From Asterionella formosa (Eukaryota): a stretch of 56,822 nucleotides of DNA. How positions within the stretch are numbered: the stretch's first letter is position 1; each line of letters begins with the position of its first letter. Location: contig NKIB01013469.1 of assembly GCA_002256025.1 (NCBI GenBank), positions 1-56,822 on the forward strand, read 5' to 3'. A model generated the notes under the pieces. The model saw only the letters and a list, made by a program, of their open reading frames with translations. It was not told where the DNA came from and ran no database searches. The position numbers were made by a program, and so were the translations under genes. Shown piece after piece: positions 11,199 through 22,044 of this stretch.

Positions 11199-12880
11199 GA
11201 GCATCGCCACCGCATCAACCAAATACCAAGCCAATTGAAGTTGCGGGTCATTACACGTCATGATCCGTTGTGTTGGTCGAAAAAGCAAAAATATTTTAGC
11301 CACCGCATCGACCAAGACCAAATATGCTTTGGTCTCGATCGAGGATGACCCCCTTATCGACCAAATATCAGGTATTTGGTCGATTAGACTCCAACCGTAG
11401 CCAAATAAAAGGAGCATTTCTATTGGTTTAGATTGTGGCTTGCGCCGGCAACATAACGTCAACTGTTTCATTGATCCACAAACGCTTACAATACACATTT
11501 CCCTTACTCTCTTGATGTAGACAAACAATAAACTTAAGTACAAAAACCTTTGAATAATACCGGCAGCTATCAATAAAATGTTGTCCTTCGAGTCTTTGGC
11601 GATCCCAATAAGATATCGTCATCCATTGTTGTCAAAGCAGGATGCTACATGAGAAGGAGCAGCAGGAGCAGCAGGAGCAGCAAGAACAACAGGAGCATCA
11701 GGAGCAGCAGGAGCAGCAGGAGCAGCAGGAGCAGGAGCAGCAGCCAACGAGGATGATTCATCGTCGGTTTCAGACAAAACCAAAGTTGGATTGTTTTGGC
11801 GCTGTCAAGAGCAACAATCGATAGCGATGTGCGAGTTTCGTCAAGGCAGCATTGTTCCTCATGTACCGTGATGTGTCATTGTTGGCAGACTGCTGCATGT
11901 CCCTGGCTAGTATCGATATCTTCTTCCCATGCATGCCATGGGTATATTGTGTAACAGTTTACTGTGTCAATGGTTGATCAATCAGCCGAAGGATTTAAAA
12001 AATGTATCCAAGAGAGTTGTGCCATTTAACGAAGGGTTTCACGCCAATAAAGGCAATGTCATTTAATGGAACAAAATGAAGGAGGGATTAGGTGTGATCC
12101 AATTGCATCTCAATAATTCAAGTGCTTCCAGTACTCCACTGTCCCACCTGTCATCCACCACTTATGATTTTGATGTAGTAGATGATTCCAAATGAAGGAA
12201 AAATAATATAGATTACATGTCAATGCTAGTATGATTGATTAGAAAGCTAGGCTATCACTCTAGCTAATTGGAAAAACGGAAGGTTTTTCTATTCTAGAAT
12301 ACCAATATACAAATGCATAGTCATATTAGTTTTTGATGGGCAGTTTAGATAGGCGTAGTACTAGCTGCTTAAGAATGAGGAATTTACAGGAAACATGGTG
12401 CTACAATTATTCAAAAAACTACAGGTACAGACAACCGGTAGCTAAGCAACTTCCTTTGATCCTCCGCCTCCTCCTTCGGTTGCCTTTTCTCGTTTTCTTC
12501 CTGTATATGTTTAACTGGTATGTACAGAAGTGTAGGAGCGGTTGTCATCTGATGAGTCGCTATCGTTGCTCATTTCATCAGGCAGATATGGATGAGTACC
12601 CTGGTATGCAACCACAAACCACGCAGTGCATCCCATCATTTTCTTATTGGTAGTAATCGGGTTTATTAATATAACGATACACATGAAAAATCATTCTAGT
12701 ACTATTTCTATTCGCTAAAAGTTTCGGCGCGAGATTTGACTATTCTAGGATTTGGTCGATGCGGTGGGAAAAAATATGAAAAATTCGACTATTGATAAAA
12801 AATTTCTCAACCAAGTGACGTGTATTGATATTTTCAACTGCAATTGGCTTTGGTATTTGGTCGATGCGGTGGCGATGCTC
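11199..12880. mobile_element. Non-autonomous PIF/Harbinger DNA transposon (1682 bp)
   Basis: Imperfect TIR GAGCATCGCCACCGCATC(A/G)ACCAAATACCAA(A)GCCAATTG(A/C)AGTTG. TTA target duplication at 11196-11198 and 12881-12883. Subterminal CCGCATCGACCAA repeats. An empty site with a single TTA/TAA lies at 32951-32953. No intact transposase. Confidence 0.93.
11657..11743 (+). repeat. (GAGCAGCAG)n low-complexity tandem repeat inside the Harbinger element
   Basis: About 9-10 imperfect 9-mers, reading EQQEQQ... Confidence 0.9.
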
Positions 12881-14144
12881 TTACACAGGCAACATTGACT
12901 TTCCATCACAAAAATCGAAGACCAAAATAATACAGAAAAAAAGGTGAACCCAACTGAGATCTGCATTGTTATGTAGTGTAGATGATCTAATTGCTGCAAC
13001 CATGCACATAGCTGTAGCCTGACACAAGCAACAGTCCTTCCTCCCACCAAACAACCCTGATCATTCCATTCCATTGTGAGTGAGCGTGATCGCCAGGCTG
13101 CTCCACTGCTATTGACACCCTCTAGCTGAAAAACGATACGTAGCTTGTGATACCACAAGCTCTGAGTAGAAAGGTAGCAAAGCGCGTTCGTACAAGAAAA
13201 GCATTGCTTGGAGGCAATATTGACATCACGCTCAATGACTATACAAATCAACAAATAAGATCAAAAACAGCACAATACATTTTCTAAGAGTGGGCATTGA
13301 TAAATACAATTGTCCTTGTGTAGATAGATACGAGAATCGAACCAAAATGACAGTACGGAAAGACAAACAACGACGAAAGCAATCAAAACGGACCATGGAA
13401 GCAATCAAATCGCAAATTTTACATGTAGTAACTACATTCCACATTCAGTATTTCACTGTTATACTCACCGATCCGCTCTAACTAGCAAAAACAACAAGCA
13501 GCAGACGATGGCATCAAAAGAAAGTCGAAAGGTCCCTGTTGTAAGCCCAAATTGAGCAACGGCTGGCAGGATAGAGGGAGAAGTATAATTGTGAGGACGA
13601 AATCGGGCATACGTAAAATCCATGGATATGTGAAGGATATAATTTAACATTCTGGTCTTGTAAAGATAATACCGAGTCTACAGCATAGATATTATGACAT
13701 ATTCAAAGTACGCATTAACGTTTAGCGTAAATCATGCATTGTTGTTTTGAGTACCATGCACATATGTAGGCTATATGACTAGAATATTCATTAAGCACAT
13801 TAATGACCGGAGCAAAAACTTGCCGCCAATTGCCGGAGTCACATTTCAGGCGAGGAGAAAAACGAGGTAAATACTAGATATATTTTAATCAAATTTGTAG
13901 ATTATACAAAATGGTTTCCTTAAGTTGACACCTTGCCGATTTCAGCAATACCAGGGCTGGAAAATGGAGGGGCAATTGGCATGAATTGTATTGCTGAGAT
14001 GTGAACATATGAAATATACAAAATATTTTTTAATAATGGGCAATACCGGACCCATTGCAAATTTCGATGCGAAGATAGGTAATATACAAAGTATGTTTTG
14101 TATGATGGGCTATAGCAAGCTAGAATTGATTTCCACTCAATGAG

Positions 14145-14436
14145 TGAGCAGTACTAGGTAAGCGAATGGAACAACAATAGCTAGTTTGTAAATTGCCTCA
14201 ACAATAGCCTTCTCAGTGGCTGCATGCCTTCTCGTGTACATGTGTACTCGTCTGGGATGTCGCTCGTAGGGTGACCTTCTCGCAGAGCCAGAGCGCCAGG
14301 GGCGCCACTCGTACTTTCTCATGCCACCCAGCCTCGAAGACATGTAAACTCGCAGGCATGAGACCACTTAGAGCGTGTATTGCCTTCAGCAATTCACAGC
14401 CTAGCTATCGGAGCGCTTTTCGCCACTACATTGCCC
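14145..14436 (-). other. Rod-like imperfect hairpin H2, an inverted homolog of H1
   Basis: Nested pairs ATAGCTAG/CTAGCTAT, AATTGC/GCAATT, CAATA/TATTG, AGTGG/CCACT, CATGCCT/AGGCATG, TACATGT/ACATGTA and CTGGG/CCCAG. CTCG (CGAG on -) occurs at 14231, 14247, 14263, 14279, 14308, 14333 and 14349. Confidence 0.75.
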
Positions 14437-14494
14437 TTTCAGCTAAAACTTGAAAACTGATTTCAGATAGTTTGTATGTTGAATGCACACTAGC

Positions 14495-15145
14495 CAATTG
14501 CCATTCATATAAAACATGCATTGTATATTTCATATGTTCAGTATTTGGAATTATACAATATCTTAAATTGCCCTTCATAGAAAACATATTTTCGATATTT
14601 CGTATGCTCCGTTTTTGGACTGCCAAACTACCATCAAAATTTTCAAATAGACCTTAGATTTGCCCGCCGAAATGGACTGCCGTTTATTTAAGGGAAATGG
14701 ATTATTGATATCTATTTACCCCTATGGACTGCTCTTTACGCAAGGAAAATGGACTGCCGAAATTGTTAGGGAGTAGGATGAGCTATGTGAAGGCACAAAA
14801 TGATGGTTTTCTGTAATGTGTTGATCATGGCAATTTTACTATTTACATCCCTGCTTTCTTCCAGCAGGCTCCGATGTATACAAACTCTGATCATTGATGT
14901 CTTAAGTAACGACCCTCAATCAAATGGATGTGGCTGGGACCGGTTGTTACATGATTCGACTTTTGGTGACACTTGCTTTGTTGCATGGGCACCCAGATTT
15001 TGGTTTTTTGTCAGACATGATCAGCCATTACACTTTAACTATAATGCTTTAGTATATTTTCTATGTGTCCTTCGCTATCTCAAATCAGATCTTGGCAGCA
15101 AATTTTAGTGCTCAATTGCTGGATTTTTCCGCTGTTCTAAAATAG
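14495..15145 (+). repeat. About 650-bp dispersed repeat (family C), direct-orientation sister at 51062-51705; probably a transposon end or non-autonomous element
   Basis: Colinear match from CAATTGCC to GCTGTTCTAAAATAG, with an internal repeated TGGACTGC(C) motif. Confidence 0.88.
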
Positions 15146-15220
15146 GCCAACAACATGACTTGCAATGCACCATGCTCCATTTGAGGTAGAACTTCTGATG
15201 CATGCCCTGCACCAAATAAA

Positions 15221-15422
15221 ATGGAATCATGAGACTTTCGAATATTTTTGAAAATGAGCAGATTTTTCCATTTGATTTTCACTTCACAGAGCTAAGAAAT
15301 GCTTTGATGAGAATGACATTGATGGAATCATGAGACTTTCGAATATTTTTGAAAATGAGCAGATTTTTCCATTTGATTTTCACTTCACAGAGCTAAGAAA
15401 TGCTTTGATGAGAATGACATTG
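15221..15422 (+). repeat. Perfect 101-bp tandem duplication
   Basis: 15221-15321 is identical to 15322-15422. Confidence 0.95.
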
Positions 15423-15941
15423 ATCCCATTGTACTTCGAGTCTTCTGTGTTTGTGTGTTGAAAAAGATTTGGGTTATTTGCATGCTTCTATTGAGAAATT
15501 GAAATAACTCCACCTGCTGCTGCAGTATACTGAGGATATGATTGCTCAGCCATTTAACCATTGAATTATAAGCTTCAATCTGTTGTGGTGTTCCTGTTTT
15601 GTTTTCAGCTTTCACCTGTTATCTTCTTTCTCTTGAATTTGACTCAAGTGTTCATCATGGACATCAATATTGCCTCCTATTACTACAACAGATGCATCTG
15701 TCCCTTCAGAATGAAATGCAGGATGTCTACAGGCTCCAGGCATTCTTGTTGTCAAAAGCACAAGTTGTCATGAAAAATAAGTTGTTGTGGTATGGTGATT
15801 GTGACTTTCCTATTCATGTGAGTCAGGTACCTTAGTACTCCAGAGTAGTCTACAGCACTAACACCAGAGGGAGTTGTGTTGAAGACGGTTTTACTATGAG
15901 GGAAAAACTGCTAAACTTCTCATACTGCAGCGTCCACGTGC

Positions 15942-16312
15942 CAGGTACGCCCATGTACCAGTACATATATTTGTTCAACAACCACGGCCGGTTGGTATCA
16001 TTGCACTCCTACCGGTACCAGGTACCTGCTACCAGTAGTCAACATTCTACCACAGTACCGGTACATACATACAGGTAGAATCCTGCCTTTGGTATTCTGA
16101 CGTGCATGTTGGCGACTCCTTGATCTTGCGTCCTTGCATGCTCCAACGATTACAATTATCACCCACCTATGAAAGTTTTTGCTCTTGACAGACATTCATA
16201 ACAAACTTTGAGGAGGGGTGACGTGCGTGTTTGTTTGTCGTCGTTGGTACCTGGTACCAGGTACTCCCTGCTTACCTGGGCGCTACCTGGTATGCCTGGT
16301 ACCATCAGGTAC
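15942..16312. promoter_or_regulatory. TACCAGG/CCTGGTA/ACCGGT motif cluster upstream of the glycine cleavage H gene
   Basis: Many copies, including the 18-bp palindrome GTACCTGGTACCAGGTAC at 16247-16264. A regulatory role is inferred from position only. Confidence 0.4.
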
Positions 16313-16483
16313 TTATCGCGGTCGAACCACCAAATGTACAGCATATTATTACGTACACAGAAAAGCCAAGACAACGTCACTTTCTCATCACAACAAAAGC
16401 AGTCTTCGTACCGGTTGTAAAAGTACAGCGCTCATCACTAAATCCAAATCATTGTATATCACTGAATCACTGAATCTTTGACC

Positions 16484-17110
16484 ATGGCCACTTTAATGTT
16501 TGCTCGTACTGTCGCCCGCCGTAGTTTCGGACAGGCCATTCGTTTCAACACTGCCGCATCTGCGGGCTCTGTCAGATTCGCCAGCTACTTCACGCCTGGT
16601 GAGTTTTCTTGTTGTTGGTTGAAGTGATGCGCGCCTGGCCGCTTGTGGCAACCGCATGACGCTGGCGACTGTCTCAGGCATATACAGCGTCTGTGTTCCA
16701 ACAATTCTCAGCGAGATTCTTCTGCTAACTCATGTTTCTCCAATGTATATATAGCTCACGAATACTGCATGGTTGAGGGAAACATCGGAACCTGTGGCAT
16801 TACTGATTTCGCCCAATCAGCTCTTGGTGACATTGTCTTTATTGACCTTCCAGCAGTCGGCGATAAGTTTGAGAAGGGTGATTCTTTCGGAAGTGTTGAG
16901 TCCGTGAAAGCTGCTTCAGATGTGTACGCTCCTGTTTCTGGCACTGTTGTTGAGATCAACGAGGTTCTTGGCGATGAGCCTGGTCTGGTGAATAGTGAAG
17001 CTGAGGGAAAGGCATGGTTTATCAAGCTTGAGTTGAAAGATCCTTCCGAGCTCGACAAGCTTATGAAGCCTGATGATTACAAGGCGCACTGCGAAGCTCA
17101 AGCTCATTAA
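16484..17110 (+). CDS. GCSH: Mitochondrial glycine cleavage system H protein, 2 exons: 16484-16598 and 16755-17110
   Basis: Motifs HEY, GITDFAQSALGDIVF, the lipoyl-Lys motif VESVKAASDVYAPVSG and W..K. Arg-rich mitochondrial leader MATLMFARTVARRSF. Intron GTGAGT...GCTAAC...TAG at 16599-16754. Confidence 0.97.
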
Positions 17111-17325
17111 TGAAAATGCTTCATCTTGATTATAGACACGCTCCAACTATTTCGTTTTCCTTGCCTTGGCCATGGCAATTGCCTTCATTTGTTCCGCTCA
17201 AATACTCACTCATGTTAGGTCCAGTTTCTAGATTTCATAACATTCATGTTACGATGAATGTAAACTTGAGACAACCCCATCGCCATCATAGTTGCTGCAA
17301 CTCTAAAGTAGTTATAGCGACTTCG

Positions 17326-19272
17326 TTACTTGTCTGAATTGTGTTGGAATACACTCCAATCAATGCCTTTGCACAACGTCAACCCGCCTTCGTTCGCCTC
17401 GATCTCGTTCAGCTTTGTGCGTTTGTCAGCTTCGGTTGCCACCGACTTGATAGCTCGCTCCAATCGCACTTTGTGATTTTGTCGAAAGCAGACATTAGGT
17501 TTGACCCGAGACCGTCGACCGTTGCAAGTGGTACAAATCCATTCCTTTTCAATTTTGGTGTCGCCTCCATTACTTTTCTTGACTTTGGCATCCTTTTGTT
17601 CCTTAAAATTTTCACGGCGTTCCAAGTCACCCACAATTCGTCGGCTCCTGGCATAGCCTTCGGCGTCAACTTCATCTGCAAACCGACTTTTGGCCGATAA
17701 CATTTTCTCCTTATCAACATTGGAGAACATGCCAAAGAGGGATTCCCGAAGAGAATCATCAGCAACAGTGTGGGTGTGTTCCAAATTCCGTACCACACCG
17801 ACAGCCGCCACTAGCGGTTTTGCATTTTGAAGTACAGCTGCCAATTGCCGCTGCTTGTCCACCAATAGTGCAATTTTGGTTTCTTGCGAGATTTCTTGTT
17901 CTAGTTGTTTGTGGGTGCGAGCCGACGAGGATCGAAAGAGTTTGTTGGGTTTTGGGACAACGACTGTTCCATTAAAACCAGTCGTGCCTACTGTATTGAT
18001 CAGTCTACGTTTCTTGTTAGTCACCACGGCGGGGGTTAGCCAATCACTCGCGACAGTTCGTTGCATGTCGTTAGGACTGTTGACGATGAGTGGTCTGGGC
18101 TTTGGCAAGTGATCCTTTTGATAAGGATTTTTGAGAGGAATGAATTTGTTACTCATAGGGAGCATAGATTCTCCCTTCTTCATATGCAAGGGAACTCGAG
18201 TGAGTGACGGTGTCTGTTTGGGTGTGACAATGGGGGTAGTGGGATTCATGAAACTGCCCGGGCAAAGTGGATTTAAAATAGTTTTGTTGCAGAGTTTATT
18301 TTTTGGAACAAACGACACTGCGACTCCAGACGCCAGTTTGATCGTCATGGTTCCCTTCGGATACTTATTAGCAAGGGGTTGCGCTCCCTCATGTCTGAGC
18401 TTCTGCAGAAAAGATTGACCTTTCACGAAAGTTCCTGTAACAACATTTAGTTGCGCTCGATGCATGTTGCAGTATACACTGACTCGAGTGTCAACGAAAT
18501 GCTTGCAGTGGTTGATATTTCCACTCTGCGAACGTGTCGTTCCCTTGCATATTCCATAATCTTTTGCTTTGGCAACATGTATCACTTGTTTGGCATCTCG
18601 GACTGACAAGGCCACGGATGTAGCATTGCTCTCTGGCTTTGGTGGCACAAGATTCGGCGATAAAAGAGCCACTACCATTCCAGACTTGAGTTTTGTAGTA
18701 TAGTGACTGTATGCATCCCCAAATAAGAATACAGTACAACAAGGTCCTGTCACGAGGTTTCCAATCTTGAGTATAGAAAAGGCACTGCCCTTACCCGAAA
18801 TGCGTGTCCCTGAGTTTTCAAACACAACTCCTAGTGTAAGTATTGAAGTTCGTCCACATACCGTTTCGGGAGTGATAAGGATGGACGGTTCCACCAGTAG
18901 CTGATTCAAATGGGCTCGACTCATGGCGGAAAGGGCCGCTGGAGAATGGTACGGCGTGGTGGAAATGAAGTCTAGCAAGTCGATGCTTGAAATGATGCGT
19001 TGCGTCATGCGAATGCCGACCTTTTCGTCTACAGCTGTTTCGGTAGGATTATGGAAGGGCTTGGGTATCTGATTAGCCGGCGTCGCGAGAGGTTGGCCAG
19101 TACCCGACGAAAGTGCGGAGGCACAGGTCGACGATGTCATCGGGGCAGCTTGGCCGGCAAGACGTCGACTGTAGGGTTTGGCTTCTACTGAGTCTTGATC
19201 GCTTCTGGGGCAGCGATTCTCCTGTCCCTCACTGTCAGCAGTTTCCTCCATTAACGCTATAAGATCATCCAT
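17326..19272 (-). CDS. MCM10: MCM10 replication initiation factor
   Basis: OB-fold region (GVV.......S.KG..F.I.K.G.L...FLFG.AY, VVALL.P) followed by the CCCH zinc finger DYG.CKG...C..FVD.R.S.YC..H. Confidence 0.88.
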   Translation of the reverse strand: MDDLIALMEETADSEGQENRCPRSDQDSVEAKPYSRRLAGQAAPMTSSTCASALSSGTGQPLATPANQIPKPFHNPTETAVDEKVGIRMTQRIISSIDLLDFISTTPYHSPAALSAMSRAHLNQLLVEPSILITPETVCGRTSILTLGVVFENSGTRISGKGSAFSILKIGNLVTGPCCTVFLFGDAYSHYTTKLKSGMVVALLSPNLVPPKPESNATSVALSVRDAKQVIHVAKAKDYGICKGTTRSQSGNINHCKHFVDTRVSVYCNMHRAQLNVVTGTFVKGQSFLQKLRHEGAQPLANKYPKGTMTIKLASGVAVSFVPKNKLCNKTILNPLCPGSFMNPTTPIVTPKQTPSLTRVPLHMKKGESMLPMSNKFIPLKNPYQKDHLPKPRPLIVNSPNDMQRTVASDWLTPAVVTNKKRRLINTVGTTGFNGTVVVPKPNKLFRSSSARTHKQLEQEISQETKIALLVDKQRQLAAVLQNAKPLVAAVGVVRNLEHTHTVADDSLRESLFGMFSNVDKEKMLSAKSRFADEVDAEGYARSRRIVGDLERRENFKEQKDAKVKKSNGGDTKIEKEWICTTCNGRRSRVKPNVCFRQNHKVRLERAIKSVATEADKRTKLNEIEANEGGLTLCKGIDWSVFQHNSDK

Positions 19273-20165
19273 TTTGGCAGCTTATAGCGGATTATCAAAT
19301 TAGATGAGCGATGTAACCTGAAACAGGTACTCGAAAGGGGAGGAAAAGACGATGCTTCAATTAAATGGCTGTGAGGCACTGTCCAGGTAGTACCAGGTAC
19401 ATCAGATGAGGCTTGTGTGCATCATGCGATTACCGGTATATCATCAGCCATCATCATTGCTGTACCGGTAGTCTAGGCATACAACATGTCCAATCAATGG
19501 ATTGAAGGCAATTGAAGCATGGATAATACCGGTACGCCCGTCATGTACAGGCAAGACGTTATACCGGGAGACTAGTCAGTCTATGTACCATGTACTAGGT
19601 AACTTACCGGGTATGCCCACGTTTTGTAGGATAACTGTATCCATTCATGTCAATGAATATTTGAAGATAAATTGGCGCGCACTCTTTACGGGTGGAAGAG
19701 CTGTATGTATTACAATTCTGACGTTATTATTTATTTGCAATAATAAGAGCCTATGTATACATATATGTATACTTTGAGATAAAGTAGAAAATACATTGTT
19801 TTTGTGGCACTGAAGTCTACATTAGTGGTAGCTACAGATGTGCAGAGAATGCAAAAAGTGGATGTGTACGACATTTTGGAAGAAATCATGCTGCCTAGCT
19901 AGAAATTATTGTAGCAAAGATTCAAAATTATCGCCAAAAATTAAATATCGGATATTTCCCGGTAGACTACAGTAAAATAGGTACCGGTAGTAATAGTATA
20001 ACAAGAATACAACCGTATGTATAAACGGGAAATACAAGGCGACATATATCATATGAATACCGGTATATAAAGGAGGATCGTAGTACTAGACTGCTTTGTC
20101 CTCATTGTTTTCGCTCATCTGCCACATTCGACATCTCGTTGACATGAAACGCAATCACTTCGACC

Positions 20166-21812
20166 ATGGCAACTAGCGCGTCCTCCTTTCTCCAAGTTTC
20201 TTGCTGTGCAGTCCCCATCTTCTTCTCAGTCAGTGATGTAGATGAGAATACTGAGGTACTACCGCATTTTTCCACGGACGAGGAATACATTGATGCTGCA
20301 AGCAGAGAAGAGCAGGAGGCGCTAGGGTAAGCAGTTTTCGTGTGATATCGGCGGTGATTGCTTTCACAAATAAGTTGAAATTTGCAGCCCAAAATAAGAC
20401 TAACCATTATGATATCGGTGCGCAGTTGGACTTTGGATGCAGCTGCTCGAGGAGTCGCCGTCATGGGAGGGGCAGTCTTTGTCAGTACGGCGCTGCTGAA
20501 CAAGGCGAAAGAGGCTGCCGGATGTGTCGATCTTGAAGACGACGAATGCGAAGGTCGAGTCTACGGCATGAGACCTTCATCTTTATTAACGAACATTGTG
20601 GCCATTGTGGGTCTGATATCTGCGTGTTTCATTCCGGTTGTTGGGAGCATCATTGATCACACTGATCACAGGCGACAAATCGGGCGGGCATCTGCCTTGA
20701 TGTTTACTCTCTTGATTGTTATTCAAGTTCTATTGTTGGATAACTACTGGTTCGGCTCAGCAATTGTTCAAATTATTATTGCAGTATTGTATTCTGTCCA
20801 CCTCTGTACTGTGTATGCATATCTACCCGAACTCACCACTGATTCGGGTAAATTATCGACGTATGCTTCACACTTTACAGCTGCGCAATACTCGGCCAGT
20901 GTGGTCTTCTTGGTGATCATGGTATATATTCTATCGCTCGTTGATGTGCATTCCGATGTCACTGCAGCCAAAGTATCTCAATCAGTTGTAGTTGCGGTCT
21001 GCACCTTCTTTTTTGGCTATGCTTGGTCCATCCTATTCAGAGATCGAATAGCAAAGCAAGTTTCCCCTCCAGGTCATTCTATTTATTCTGCAGGATTCTA
21101 TCACATTTTCGAAACATCTCAGGCCATTTGGGAACGTCATCAAGCCATCAAGTGGTTCTTAATCGCCACGGCTTTTACTGAGTCGGCAGTAAACGCATTC
21201 TCGTCAATTGCGATTACATTCATTACGGCGCAACTACAATTTTCATCAACAGAGAACGGGATTGCCATTTTGTTGCTATTGGTTTTTGCTGTACCGGGAA
21301 CGAAGATATCAGCCTACATGTCAAATCGATTCAATCCCATTAGAAGTTTACAATGCTGTCTTTTACTATGGATTGTCAACACCGGCGCAGCGGCCCTTGT
21401 GCTGCACGGGGCCGGGCAACAATCCACAGCCTACGCTCATGCCGTCGTTTGGGGGGTACTGTTGGGTTGGGTGTATCCAACTGAAAAAACGCTCTTTTGT
21501 ACAATTATATCCAAGGGAGCGGAAGCGGAACTCATGGGAGTCTATATTTGTTCTTGTCAGGTGCTGTCGTGGCTGCCACCATTGATGTTTACTATCATGA
21601 ACGAGTTTGGTGTTTCCATGAGAATAGGCTTGTTTTCGCTCAATATTTATTTTCTGCTGAGTTTCATATTGTTGTTCTTTATTGGTGATTATAGAGAAGC
21701 TGTGACCCATGCCCGAGATATTGACGAAGGAAAGATCTTTTTCACCTTTTCCGATGCCAATAATGCAGCAGCTTTGTCTCACAGCAAAGCAATTGATTTT
21801 GAACTTCTGTAA
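20166..21812 (+). CDS. Atg22/UMF1-like MFS transporter, 2 exons: 20166-20326 and 20426-21812
   Basis: About 12 hydrophobic segments and motifs GW.LD, P..G.I.D, AYLPEL and E.E..G.Y....Q.L.W.PP. Intron GTAAGC...GACTAAC...CAG at 20327-20425 restores ALG-WTLDAAARG. Confidence 0.85.
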
Positions 21813-22044
21813 AGAATGGGGTGTATGGTCCTACGCAAGTCAGGACCAGTATATTCGAACTGTACTTTGTGCAGTCTGAGATTCGACACATCGACCTCCA
21901 TGAACTGTGCCGCTAAAAACTCGCGCTAGGTATAGAGGTGAGAAAAGTGTATCGCTCCACCTCCACTCGTATCCTTTGGAATTCGAGAAAGTTCATGAAT
22001 AATGGAGGCATTGAACCAACGATGGAGAGTCGGAATTGATATTT

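Larger units (their letters stand above)
10836..14491. repeat. Non-coding dispersed repeat family, copy A; carries a Harbinger insertion and two segments missing from copy B
   Basis: Segments 10836-11198, 12881-13076, about 13690-14130 and 14479-14491 align in inverted orientation to 32105-33297. Confidence 0.85.

Noticed and set aside
11642..11824. E/Q-rich 60-aa ORF as a gene
   Set aside because: It is a low-complexity repeat inside a non-autonomous transposon.
12549..12585. Hammerhead ribozyme cores (CTGATGA at about 12549 and 4266)
   Set aside because: No stem II followed by GAAA in either case.
14292..14309. TGGCGCCCCTGG and TGGCATCCCTGG as a tRNA primer-binding site
   Set aside because: The resemblance is only about 12 nt, there is no adjacent LTR end, and the sequence forms the apical stem-loop in both rods.
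14145..14436. H2 as SRP (7SL) RNA, given its ~290-nt rod shape
   Set aside because: No helix-8 GNRA or AGG/GCA motif and no proper Alu domain. The apical domain is too small, and a diverged homolog sits in the same repeat.
16270..16290. CTTACCTGG as a U1 snRNA 5' end
   Set aside because: It is part of the TACCTGG motif cluster, with no U1 stem-loops or Sm site.
16159..16481. Short ORFs rich in VPGT/YQV peptides (also near 27306-27717, 29966-30508 and 39083-39471)
   Set aside because: They are by-products of the TACCAGG motif clusters, with no protein-like features.
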